DNA of 64,000 nucleotides, from contig OZ024742.1 of assembly GCA_964016885.1 (NCBI GenBank), forward strand, positions 262,198,001 through 262,262,000. Direction: 5' to 3'. The DNA is from Eledone cirrhosa. Lineage: Eukaryota. Made by a program: the position numbers and the translations under genes. Under the pieces are notes generated by a model. The model saw only the letters and a program-made list of their open reading frames with translations. It was not told where the DNA came from and did not search any database. This document shows, piece by piece, positions 1-10,931 of this stretch. How positions within the stretch are numbered: the stretch's first letter is position 1; each line of letters begins with the position of its first letter.

Positions 1-314
1 CTCAAACTGGAAAAAGGTGTTGCACCTAACGATAGAGAGCAGTTTGCAGATGTCAGCAGTAGAATTCTTTCCCTTGTATATATATATATTGTATATAAGA
101 GAATATTAGTCTAGGACTTCTTTTATACCATAAACGTGGTTTTGTCTTTGCGTGTAATTGTTTTTCACCGCTCCTATTAATGACGTATTATATTCGTTTT
201 TTCCCGTTCTTTGCCAGGGAACGTTTCCACGAACCAAAGTATCGTCTTCCTGTCTTCCTCCGGTTGCAACGTTTTTTGAAATATTCACTTCTGCGTTCAC
301 AAATTGACTTTGTT

Positions 315-365
315 AGTTTCAGAAGATCCCGTTAAGGGTGAAAGCAGCGATTCTTTGCTTAAACT
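315..365 (+). ncRNA. Degenerate type-I hammerhead ribozyme motif
   Basis: agttt-CAGAAGA-tccc/gggt-GAAA-gca...tgc-TT-aaact. Stems I-III are present, but the core CUGANGA reads CAGAAGA. Confidence 0.55.
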
Positions 366-472
366 TTAATCTGTTATTTTAATAAATATTTGCTCTACGG
401 TTCTTATATATTTGATATATATTTATCCTTATCGAGCCCTCTTTGGATTTTAGTCTTCAAATTTATTATTAT

Positions 473-532
<60 letters not shown>

Positions 533-1077
533 TCAGTTCAAGAGTAACTAATCTTAAAGAGAGAGATGGAAATAGGAGAGGAGAAGAGAGATTGGTGAAT
601 TAGTTAGAAGCCAAAGCGTAAAGGCATGTGCTCAATGTGCAATATGCAGTGGAAGGCAGCTAGGTGGCTGGGTTCATGCAGAGGTTAGGTGCACAGAGCT
701 AGCTGGAAATATTCATTAGTTAAGCAAAACAAGACTACAAATTTCACAAGGAAGACATTATTAAAAGATTGTCAACATATTTTAGTTTGATGTAAGTAAT
801 GTAGAGAATAATAATAATAATATTATTAATAATAATAATAATAATGTTCGTTTACAATTGTTTCGCTACTCCATATAATATTTCTGGATCAAATGATTAT
901 AGATCATTATTGATCTGGTTCAGTTGAAAATAATTAACTTAAGTATAATTAGAGCAGCTCATCGGAACTTCAAAAGGAATATAAATTAAAATAAGGAAAG
1001 AATGTTACATGAATGTAATGTTCCATATATTGGTATTTCACTATGGTGTCCAGGACACATATTTATATATATATTTA

Positions 1078-4008
1078 TCATCATCATCAACGTTTAACAT
1101 CTATCTTCCACGCTAGCATGGGTTAGATGGGAGTTGTCCCACTTGAGGCAAGATTGACCAGGTAACCGTGTCTCACTCGTATAGGACTATCTGGCAGATT
1201 TTCTACAGCTGGATGCCCTTCCTAACACCAACCACATTTACAGTGTGGACTGGGAGCTTTTTACCGTGTTACCTACATTGCCACATTACGGTGTGGACTG
1301 TGTGTTTTTTGTCGTGACACCTACACAACCTCTTTAGTTTGGACTGGATGTTCTGTTGTACCAACATAAGTTTACAGAGAAAGGGTGGTGTTGGCAGGAG
1401 TGGGAGGATGGAGTAGGGGTGTATATTTGATTAAGAGGTGCCTACTGACTGTAGGTTAACTTTGCATGTAGGAAGGGTGGGTCTTCTGTATTACTGTGTG
1501 GCGACAAAGATCTTGGTCCAGTGATATTGTCTTAGAGAGGTGCAAGTGTGCAAGGTCGGAATTTACCATGCCATCCTAGGTTTTTCTGGGTCTCTCTACT
1601 CCGTAACTTCCATCAATTTAGATTGCCCTGCACTTTTTTATACAGCTGTCGTCTTTCATGCGCATCACGTGACCATACCAACATAGTCTTCTCTCAAGTA
1701 AACAGCATCTGATCCCTCTTATTCCTAATTTCTCACTTAGTTCAATTATGTTTAGCCGTTCGTGTATATTACTATTACACATCCAACAGAGCATGCATAC
1801 TTCGTTCCTTTCCAGTCTGCGCAGGTCCTCTGCACACAATGCCCATGTCTCACTGCCATGTAACATTGCTGTTTGTATACAAGCATCATACAATGTGCCT
1901 TTCATTTTTAGAGAGAAACTTTTTGTGGCTAACAGCAGTATAAGTTCTCTGAACTTTTTCCATCCCGTTCTAACTCTGGCTACTGTACTTTCAGAACACC
2001 CTCCACCACTGCTGATTTTCTCACTCAGGTAACAGAAAGTGTCCACTATTTCTATAGAACCATCTGGGCAGTAGAAGGAGCTAGTATCCTTTGGGCACTT
2101 GCTACTTATTGCACCTGAGCATCGGCCACATATAAAATCTACGTTCTTAGATAGCTTGCCTGTGATCCCACTACATCTTTTATGTACCCATAGTTTGCAT
2201 TTGGAACATAAAATGGAATTTCTACCTACTCCTTTCCTACACACTGAACATGGCTATTTCCCAGAGGGCACCTGTACCTTATTTTCCTTTCTACATATTA
2301 GAACTTTAGTCTTAGACAAGTCAACTTTAAGGCTTTTGATTCTAGGTCATGCTTCCATGTTTGGAATTTCTTCTCTAGTTCAGCCATAGATTCAGCTATG
2401 AGAGATATAGAAGTTCCCATGGGTAGCTGGTCTTAAACTCCTCTGTTGTAGCCTGAAGGGCAATAATGAACAGGACAGAGCCTTGATGAACACTAACTTT
2501 TACACTAAATTCTTCACTATATTCATTGTTAATTCTAACCTTGGTGACTGTCTTTATACATGGCTTGTATAGCTCTCACAAGCCATTCATCTACTCCTAT
2601 CTTTCTAAGGGCCCACCAGATAATGAAGCGTGGCACTCTGTCAAAGGCTTTCTCCAAGTCAAGAAAAGCTAAGTAGAGGGGTTTACTTTTAGCTAGGTAC
2701 TTCTCCTGTAGTTGTCGTACAAGGAATACAGCATCTGTGGTACTTTTACCTGACACAAACCTAAACTGCATTTCATCTAGATCAATTCGATCTCTGATTA
2801 GTTGTGCTATAACTCTTTCTGTGACCTTCATGACCTGGTCAACTAACTTAATGCCTCTATAGTTACTCCTATCTAGAGCATCTCCTTTACCTTTGTAGCA
2901 GTTAATGATGCTGCTGCTATGCCAGTCATTTGGTATGACCCATTCTGTATTACTTGGTTTACTATCCGGGTGACCATAGTATGTCCCACCATTCCAGATG
3001 GTATGTCCCAACATCTCAGCAACTATCTCTGAAGCCCCAGCTGCCTTGCCTGTCTTCATATCTTTGATTGCCTTACTTATTATACTACCATTAACTTGCA
3101 CTGCTGGTCCCTCTATTGGATCGATTTGGGGCATACTATCTTTTTCCCATTTATTCTCCTCATTTAGTAGTCTCTTGTAGTGACACTTCCAAGCTACCTT
3201 CTTATCAGAAGCAGTGAGGGCAAGTAGACCATCATCATTATAGACACACTTCTCTCCGACAATATCACAGTTTTCCTTGACATATTGTCTTGTGATCCTG
3301 ATCACCTCATGTTTTTTGATCCTCGAGTTGTAGAACATGCTTGAACTTTCTATCCTCTGCTTCCCTTCTTGCAAAGTACACTTGTCTCCTAGCTTCTCTC
3401 CTGGCCACTTGATAGTGTTCTCTTCCCCCATCCTGCCATACTTTCCAAGCCTGCTTTTTGGCTTTGATTGTCTCCTCCACCTTACTGTTCCACCACCAAG
3501 TTACTCTCCTCCTGCCAAAATAGGTCTTCTCCAGCCACAGATTTCATCCGTTGCTTTCAGCAGGTTCACTTTCAAGAATTCTCGCTGTTCCTCTATATTG
3601 CACGTCTCTAATTGCTCTTTATCGTCAAAGGCATCAAGTAATATGCTTTTAAATTGGTTACTTGCTCTGGGGTCCTTCAACTTCCATATTCTTCTCCTGA
3701 AAGTAGTCCTCCTCTGTCGTCGAGTACACCTAGTCCTGACTATGAGGTCACTTACTATTAGTCTATGTTGGGAGGTGCATTCTTCATGTCACATCTTCTA
3801 GTAAGGATATAATATATCTGGCTGGCATGTTCTCCTGATCTATAGGTGATAAAGTCATCATCTAGTTTTTTGAAGTTTGTGTTACAGATAGTTAGGTTAT
3901 TAGCATCACAGAATTCCAGGATTCTGAAGCCTTCCTCTTTCTAGTACCAAACCCATAGCCTCCGTGGATTCCATCATATCCATCACAATGTTGTCCAACA
4001 TGTCCATA
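1078..4008 (-). mobile_element. 5'-truncated, frameshifted RTE-clade LINE (partial APE endonuclease + RT + 3' UTR with (ATG)n tail)
   Basis: ORF pieces: YKGKGDALDRSNYRGIKL, DLEKAFDRVP, a CxxC..WVH.RC zinc-finger insert, and RRLCWYGHVMRM. EN remnant ILEFCDANNL near 3900. Confidence 0.9.
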
Positions 4009-4081
4009 TTTATATATTTATATATATCTATATATATATTTATATATATATTTATATAACCAAAATTAAATTAAGGATGTC

Positions 4082-4662
4082 ATGTCAGGGGGGTGTTCCG
4101 AGGCCATAGTATCTAGAATAAGGATGGGTTGGAAGAAGTTTAGGGAACTGCTTCCTCTGTTGACAAAGAGGGGTTTCTTCCTGCATATGAAAGGATGGTT
4201 ATATGATGCGTGTGTGAGATGCTCGATGCTGCATGGTAGTGAGATATGGGCAGCAATTGCAGAGGATATGCGACGGCTGGAGAGAAATGAAGCAAGCATG
4301 CTCCATTGGATGTGCAATGTCAATGTGCATGAACGACCAAGCATAGACAAGTTGAGAAAGAAACAGGGTATAAGGGGGATAAGTTGTGGTGTGCAGAAGA
4401 GAAGGCTGAGATGGTATGGACATGTGATGCGCATGGAGGATAACCGCTGGGTAAAGAAGTGCTAAGAAATCCCAGTAGAAGGAAGATATAGTAGAGGTAG
4501 ACCACGAAAAACATGGGCGGAGGTGGTGAGAGCAGACCTCAGATCGCTGAAACTCACCAAGGAGATGACGAAGGACCGTGACAAGTGGAGAGATGTTCTG
4601 CTGAATAGGACCCGTCTAACCCTTGCAAGCAGGGAAAAGCGGACGTAAAATGATGATGATGA
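4082..4662 (+). mobile_element. RTE LINE 3' fragment
   Basis: GWKKFRELLPLL...RRLRWYGHVMRM, ending cccttgcaagcagggaaaagcggacgtaaaa(tga)n. Confidence 0.88.
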
Positions 4663-4674
4663 TATATATATAGT

Positions 4675-5012
4675 GGAGGCACATGGCTTAGTGGTTAGAG
4701 CATTGGCCTTGCAATCGAAAGGTTGTGAGTTTAATTCTCAGACCGGGTGATGTGTTGTTCCCTTGAGCAAGCCACTTTATTTCACGTTGCTCCAGTTTAC
4801 TCAGCTGTAGAAATGAGAAGATAGGGACTGGGGTCCCTATCATTCAACTGTAGAGTGGTTGTGGAGGTGCCACGGCAAAAAAGCACCCAGCACTCACTGT
4901 AAATGAGGTTGGTGTTAGGAAGGGCATCCAGCTGTAGAAATGAAGCCAGAATCAGTTCCCGTCCCACCCTTGAAAGCAGGGAAAAAGTGGACGTGAAATA
5001 AAATGATGATGA
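4675..5012 (+). mobile_element. tRNA-derived CORE-type SINE with RTE-like 3' tail
   Basis: A box TGGCTTAGTGG, B-box-like GTTTAATTC, CORE-like cttgagcaag...tgctccagtttactcagctg. Tail nearly identical to the adjacent RTE tail. Confidence 0.85.
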
Positions 5013-5110
5013 TATGAATGAAGTATTTCCGTAGGAAAGGTGAAGGAAAAGAGAATGCTCTATGTAGGCTACAGAGCTTTTTAGTTATGTAATAAACAAC
5101 ATAAGATAAT

Positions 5111-5175
5111 TATTTCATTTACCAGTGGTTTCTTGAAGACAGATATTTATGTCTGTCTTCATTCATCAGAAAATA
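5111..5175 (-). ncRNA. Type-I hammerhead ribozyme motif with intact core
   Basis: Minus strand: tatttt-CTGATGA-a-TGAAGACAGA/TCTGTCTTCA-a-GAAA-CC act GG-TA-aatgaaata. 10-bp stem II, weak stem I. Confidence 0.65.
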
Positions 5176-5830
5176 TTTATTTATGAAGTAGTAATATGGA
5201 TTTGAAAACAGAGTATAGGATAAATGAAAGTGAGGCTGAAATAAAATAACAAGCAAAAATTGAGAGGAAAAAATTAATAAATAAATATCCAAATACATAC
5301 ACAAACTCACTCATATACGTAATACAACGTAAACATATACATTCACACATAAATATATGTGCGTCTGCATGGGAATACAAAAACACATATGCGTGTGATC
5401 TTTCACTCACATATGCGCTATGATACATTGGGAAGTAGTTGGGGGACCAGATATAAATAAATAAAATCAAAAATAGGAAATAAAATGAAAGCAAAAAGGG
5501 ACGGGTTGACAATGATAGGTGGGGGGAAATTATTATTTTATATATATATGTCAATCTATTTTTAATTGAATGCTAATAAATGCTTGGATTTATCCCTTAG
5601 AATCTTTGAGCTTATTCTACAGAGGGTATTGCACATATTTCTCAGAGATGACATCCTTAATTTAATTTTGGTTATATATACATATTTAGGAGCTGTATTT
5701 ATTTGGCAAGTGACTTGATCTGGGACTGTGTTGAAACTAAAGCAATTACATTGTTGAAGAATCATTGGAACTGTGTCAGTGACTAGGTCACAAACAGAGT
5801 GATGGAAATTTTGACACAAAGACATAAATA

Positions 5831-6925
5831 ACCAGATAGAAAAATGCGTACAGCAAAAAAAAGTAATATTGTTGGAATATAAACCTTTAAAAATACAGGA
5901 CAAGAAACTAAAATAAAACTTTAAAAGAATAGGACAAGAAACTAAGATAAAACTTTAAAAGAATAGGACAAGAAACTAAGATAAAACTTTAAAGAATTGG
6001 ACAAGAAATAAAAAATTTTACAATAATATTAGTGGCAAAATTTTTATTGGTAAAAAATCGAGTTCCACATTCATAGGCTCTGGGTTCCACATTCAGAGGT
6101 CGTCGTCAGACTGGGGGGATCATTTGATCCTGGTTTGAACACCAATTGGGCCATAACCATCCCCCTATTTCATCATTCGGCGACACACCTCATGTGTCAT
6201 GCATAATGTGAATGGACCCATGGGCCCATGAGCACAGATCTTGAGCAGCAGCAGACGGTCTTGTCGTCCCGCTCATCCTTGATCTTGACCAACCTGTCCA
6301 TCTTCTCCTTGAATCTTGTCCTTGAGTTCAAGTCCAACAGTCCAGATGAATGCGTGCCACAGCTTTCTGGTACAGGAAGGGGGAGCAGGAGGACTGGAGG
6401 GATGACGGGACAGAGGGAGGGAGGACCGGTGGTTGAGGGAGGTGCCGTAGTCGGTGGTCAGAGTCAACATCTTGTCCCGGTCGTCTTCTCCATCTTCGTA
6501 TGGTGTTGCGGGACCAGAAGTGCATTCTTGGAGGAGACCTGCAGCTGCATCGGCCAATTCTTCTTGCAATGGTCATTCTGACGGAGCAGAACTGCTCAGC
6601 CAACCAACCCCAACCAGAACCAACCGCTCAGGGGCAACGCACAATGAGAGCATGACAATTATTATGCACTAATCAAGAAGATACTGGGGCATAGCACAGG
6701 AAACGAATAAAAAAATTTTGCCACTAATATTATTGTAAAATTTTTTATTCCTTGTCCAATTCTTTAAAGTTTTATCTTAGTTTCTTGTCCTATTCTTTTA
6801 AAGTTTTATCTTAGTTTCTTGTCCTATTCTTTTAAAGTTTTATTTTAGTTTCTTGTCCTGTATTTTTAAAGGTTTATATTCCAACAATATTACTTTTTTT
6901 TGCTGTATGCATTTTTCTATCTGGT
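5831..6925. repeat. ~218-bp inverted arms with internal 34-bp subrepeats flanking a ~660-bp GC-rich core
   Basis: 5831-6048 is a near-perfect reverse complement of 6706-6925. Unit aggacaagaaactaagataaaactttaaaagaat occurs about 3.5 times per arm. Confidence 0.93.
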
Positions 6926-7198
6926 CTACTATTTTTTAAGACAATGCAAGCAACAACTATCTAATAATTAAATGATCATAGTGAATTACTGACAAGTGAT
7001 TGACATTTTAAAGTTCTTTTGAGTATAATTGCAATCTAGTTGAGGCAACTGGCTTAATGACAAAGCTAGTAAATCATGAATGCATTTGAGATGATTAGTG
7101 CATAATAGTGAATTGGTGAAACTTGTGCATTTCAATGGTGTTACAACAATAGATGTAAGTTATATAGTAGTAATACTTTATCATTTTAACTTTTTAGA

Positions 7199-7558
7199 AT
7201 GGACAAAAACCCATGCAAAGAAATGACTTTGACTGCAGTGATTCTCTCCAATTTACTTACAAAGCAAACCGTGGTCAAATACCTTATCATCTCTGATAAA
7301 ATGCCCATTGAATCACTGAAAATTGGATGCATGGAATTCCTCATACAATGCACCTATGAATCGGAAGCCATCACATATATCAATGGATATAGGGAGTTGT
7401 TCACACTGGAAGACCATCACTTCATTTGTGACTTCATCAGTTATCTCCACGATTATCTCAGACACCCAATGCCATTGATGAGAGGTGATCCAATGTGTGA
7501 GCATGTAACTAATCTTATAGAAGTTGTTATCGACCACCTGGCTTTTAGTGACATTTGA
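7199..7558 (+). other. 119-aa unknown ORF preceded by a strong splice acceptor and flanked by ~80-bp direct repeats
   Basis: tttatcattttaactttttag just upstream. Direct repeats at about 6927-7011 and 7610-7700 (tactattt(t)taag.caatgcaagcaacaactat...gacatttta). Confidence 0.4.
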
Positions 7559-8331
7559 CTGATTTGACTGATAATGATGTGTCTTTAAAAAGTATGTGTA
7601 CATACTTGTTACTATTTTAAGGCAATGCAAGCAACAACTATTTAATAAAATTTAAATTTAAAAATGACCATTGTGCATTACTAGTATGATGACATTTTAT
7701 TAAGTCACAAAATTAGTCAGTCAGCCATAGAACAAGGATCAGGTGGCAAAAACATTGGCAAAAATTTGTGTCAATTTAAGATTTCCAACATTGTTCAAAT
7801 GAATCATATCTGGTTTGAAGTCAGATTTGTCAAATTTTGACCAATTTTCAATGTTGTGAAGATTGGGCAAGTTCAATTTTTGAATCATTTCTTTCATGCA
7901 GTAATTAAACTTTTCCAAACGTCGTCATTTCTGGATTACCTCCCCTAGCGTCATGCTTACTACTCACTCACTTGAACACAAGATTTATCAGTAAACTTTG
8001 ATTATAAACTTTTTCCCGCTGGACCAAATTTCTAGATTTTTAAGCCAAAAGATGTGTAATGATCTACTGTTCATACTCATATAAGTTTTATCTCAGTTAA
8101 ATAAAGTAGAGCCGCGCTGTACTGTCGTAAACAGACGATTGCCAACGAAAACACGACCACAACAATATTACTAAACGGACTACCGTCCGTTTAGGATAAC
8201 TGTAACATATTTCGTGTGTTTTTGAGTGGTTAAAATGTCTTCTGCAATGTAATTACTTTACATAATATTGTTTTATAGTAAAATATACTTTCCAGTTATA
8301 ATTTTGTTCTATTTGTTGTTGATTGTTACAG

Positions 8332-8462
8332 ATGGTCCTGAAGAGAATTCTAGCAAACTACTCAGTACACCTTTCATTGAGGACCCACAGCATCGTTTGA
8401 AGTGGACTGCTTATTTAGAGTTTACACACAATAATGAAGTTGGTGACTTGACATGGGACAAG
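8332..8462 (+). CDS. SGSM3: SGSM3 coding exon (first visible in window; upstream exons lie outside)
   Basis: tacag|ATGGT...GACAAG|gtatga. Encodes [11 protein letters not shown]...[25 protein letters not shown], resembling the [16 protein letters not shown] segment I recall from vertebrate SGSM3. Starts in phase 1. Confidence 0.93.
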
Positions 8463-9565
8463 GTATGAAATTACTCATTTTTCATTTTTTCCTCATATAA
8501 CAAGTAGAAGCAAGCTGGTTGAGTGGCTGTCCACCCAGCAGGGGTTTTAAAATCTACTGCAGGTGTTTTGTTGTGTTTCTAGGTAGTACGTTTTATTCTA
8601 CATCACCTCATTTCATCTAGCAGTAGCAAATAAATTCCAAATTTTCAGGGAAAAAGGCCCATAGGGCTGGTCATTGATTGATATTCAGACCATTTTCTTT
8701 GTTAATGCACTGGTTAGCCCTGCAGACCCTATGACAAGCTTCTCATCAAATCCACCTTATCTTTAAATAAGTAGGACACCTCAGACAATGGAACTTTTAG
8801 CTATATTTAAAAAAAACACACACAAAAAAACATTTGTTCATGGTTGAAATTCCTTTGATGATATATCTGACCTGGAGCAAAACAATAACAAAAACAACTT
8901 AGATATCCTTAGCCATTGGTACTTAAGGATGCTTGGTGAGGATATGAACCATGGATACCTCTGCTGTGGCAGTCTGCTACTCCATTATCTCAGCCATCCA
9001 TGTTCCTCTACAGTAGTGTCTGATCAACTTAGCCAGCAGAAATGCATGCAGGGCCTCTGAAAGCAATTTTATTAGGAGGTAAAAAGATTTTTTTAGGCAC
9101 CCTTCAAAATGTGAATGCTAGTCTTCAATATATGTAAATATTTTTGTAATCTCAGGAAATTCTCAGCCTAGATTCAGTGTATCACCTGCTGTTTGATCAC
9201 CTGTTGTTGGTTCAAACAATGAGTGTTCCACAAATCAACAGATGTGCTTAACATTCAATTGGCTGAGCATTCCAGTGGTGTGTTTTCTTAATGTAGTTCT
9301 TACAGAGATGACACTGTGTGACAAATTACAGGTACAACTGATTTGTTCAGCCAAGTGTACTGTATCAATGTGAAATAAAGTGTCTTGCTCAAGGACACAA
9401 CCTGTCACCAAAAATTAAACTCACAACCTTACAATCATGAACTGAACAACCTAACCACCAAGGCACATGCTTTCAAAATGTATTCCTTACATTCATTATC
9501 TTTGATAGACCCAGCTTTACATAATGTGAAACTAATCCATCCTATCTAATCATATTTTTCTACAG

Positions 9566-9760
9566 GTAGAAGACCGCCTCCCACGATCAGAGAAATTCCG
9601 AAAGATGATTCGACAAGGAATCCCACATTCACTACGTTCCCAGATCTGGATGCGAGTGTCTGGTGCTCTGGAAAAGAAACACAAATCAGATATGTCTTAT
9701 AAAGAAGTTGTTAAAGAAAGCTCAAATGACCACTTGATGACATCTAAACAAATAGAAAAG
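9566..9760 (+). CDS. SGSM3: SGSM3 exon, start of TBC domain
   Basis: tacag|GTAGAA...GAAAAG|gttttc, 195 nt. VEDRLPRSEKFRKMIRQGIPHSLRSQIW...KQIEK carries the TBC GIP..LR..IW motif. Confidence 0.95.
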
Positions 9761-10060
9761 GTTTTCACATTCTTCTTCTTTTTTTTATTTTCCTATATGC
9801 ACACACACAGAGACAGAGACAGATTTGACCTTAGCTGGAATGGAACTCAAAATTTAGTGAACCAGAACAAATACCAAGGCATTTAATCTGATGCCCTAAT
9901 GATTGCCAATTCGCCAGCTAACAACTAAACTGATTTATGAAAATTGCACAACTACTACTGAACACAAAAAAAATCATTTTTTGTTTCTTATCTTAACTAA
10001 AATTTTTTATTAATCCTTCTCTCACAACATAACTTCTGATCTTTGTCTCTTTCTTGCCAG

Positions 10061-10195
10061 GACCTTCTGCGAACGATGCCAAGCAATGCATGCTTCTGCA
10101 ACATTAACAGTACAGGCATTCCACGGTTGCGCCGGATTCTTCGAGGTCTAGCCTGGCTCTATCCAGATATAGGATATTGTCAAGGGACAGGTATG
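10061..10195 (+). CDS. SGSM3: SGSM3 exon, TBC catalytic motifs
   Basis: gccag|GACCTT...GGTATG|gtaagt, 135 nt. Completes IEKDLLR (IxxDxxR arginine finger) and contains IGYCQG (YxQ glutamine finger). Confidence 0.96.
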
Positions 10196-10315
10196 GTAAG
10201 TATATTCATCTACATACATGCTTACCTGCCTGCCTACATGTTTCTAATACTTAGACATCTCAATGAAAGGATAAAATATACTAATAAATTATTAATTCAG
10301 AGAAACATATTCAAT

Positions 10316-10494
10316 TTAAGCCAAAATCTTGATTTGGGAGGATATAAGCTAGACTGACTAAAATAAGCCAGTTTTACTCACATCATTCCCCAACTATGGT
10401 TTCTGGAATTCAAGAAACAATATTAATTATTTCAAAACTGACTTATTTTAGTTGGTCTAGCTTATATCCTCCCCAAATCGAGATTTTGGCTTAA
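10316..10494. mobile_element. TTAA-flanked MITE with ~60-bp TIRs
   Basis: ttaagccaaaatcttgatttgggaggatataagctagac... and its reverse complement ...gtctagcttatatcctccccaaatcgagattttggcttaa. Confidence 0.8.
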
Positions 10495-10814
10495 GCTTTC
10501 TCCCCCCTCCCTCTCTCTCTATCTATCTATATAATTGGTGTTGGATGCTTAAAGCGTCTGTATGCGGTAGGCCGTATGACCACTCAATGCCCTCGTAGAG
10601 CAGAGTATGATATCACAGAAAAAAGAGAATCAGTGGTAACCACAGTTAGTCTTACTCAAGGATACAACTTATTGCAAGGTTCAGAATTGAACTCCCAATC
10701 TTACAATCATAACCCTAACTACTAAGCCATGCATCTTCATTTATGTATGAATGTCTAAAAACTATAACTAAAACGAAAAATGTTAACTAATTGTTGATAA
10801 AACTTCTGTTCCAG

Positions 10815-10931
10815 ATTGCAGCTTCTTTGCTTCTGTTTATGGAAGAGGAAGATACATTTTGGATGTTGTGTTCTATAATAGAAGATTTGCTGCCAGCATC
10901 TTATTACTCCAGTACACTGATTGGGATACAG
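10815..10931 (+). CDS. SGSM3: SGSM3 exon, TBC domain
   Basis: ccag|ATTGCA...ATACAG|gtatgt, 117 nt. [39 protein letters not shown]. Confidence 0.95.

Noticed and set aside
2535-3431. 298-aa RT ORF as an active retrotransposon or host gene
   Set aside because: Part of a frameshifted, 5'-truncated RTE copy.
4675-4750. tRNA gene-like A and B boxes
   Set aside because: Head of a multicopy SINE; no acceptor stem or clean cloverleaf seen.
6648-6710. IKKILGHS resembling the tyrosine recombinase LGH motif
   Set aside because: No upstream HxxR, no downstream catalytic Tyr, and the frame is very short.
1-8331. SGSM3 start codon or first exons and promoter
   Set aside because: No exon matching the expected N-terminus was found. 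The first visible exon starts in phase 1, so the start lies upstream of the window.
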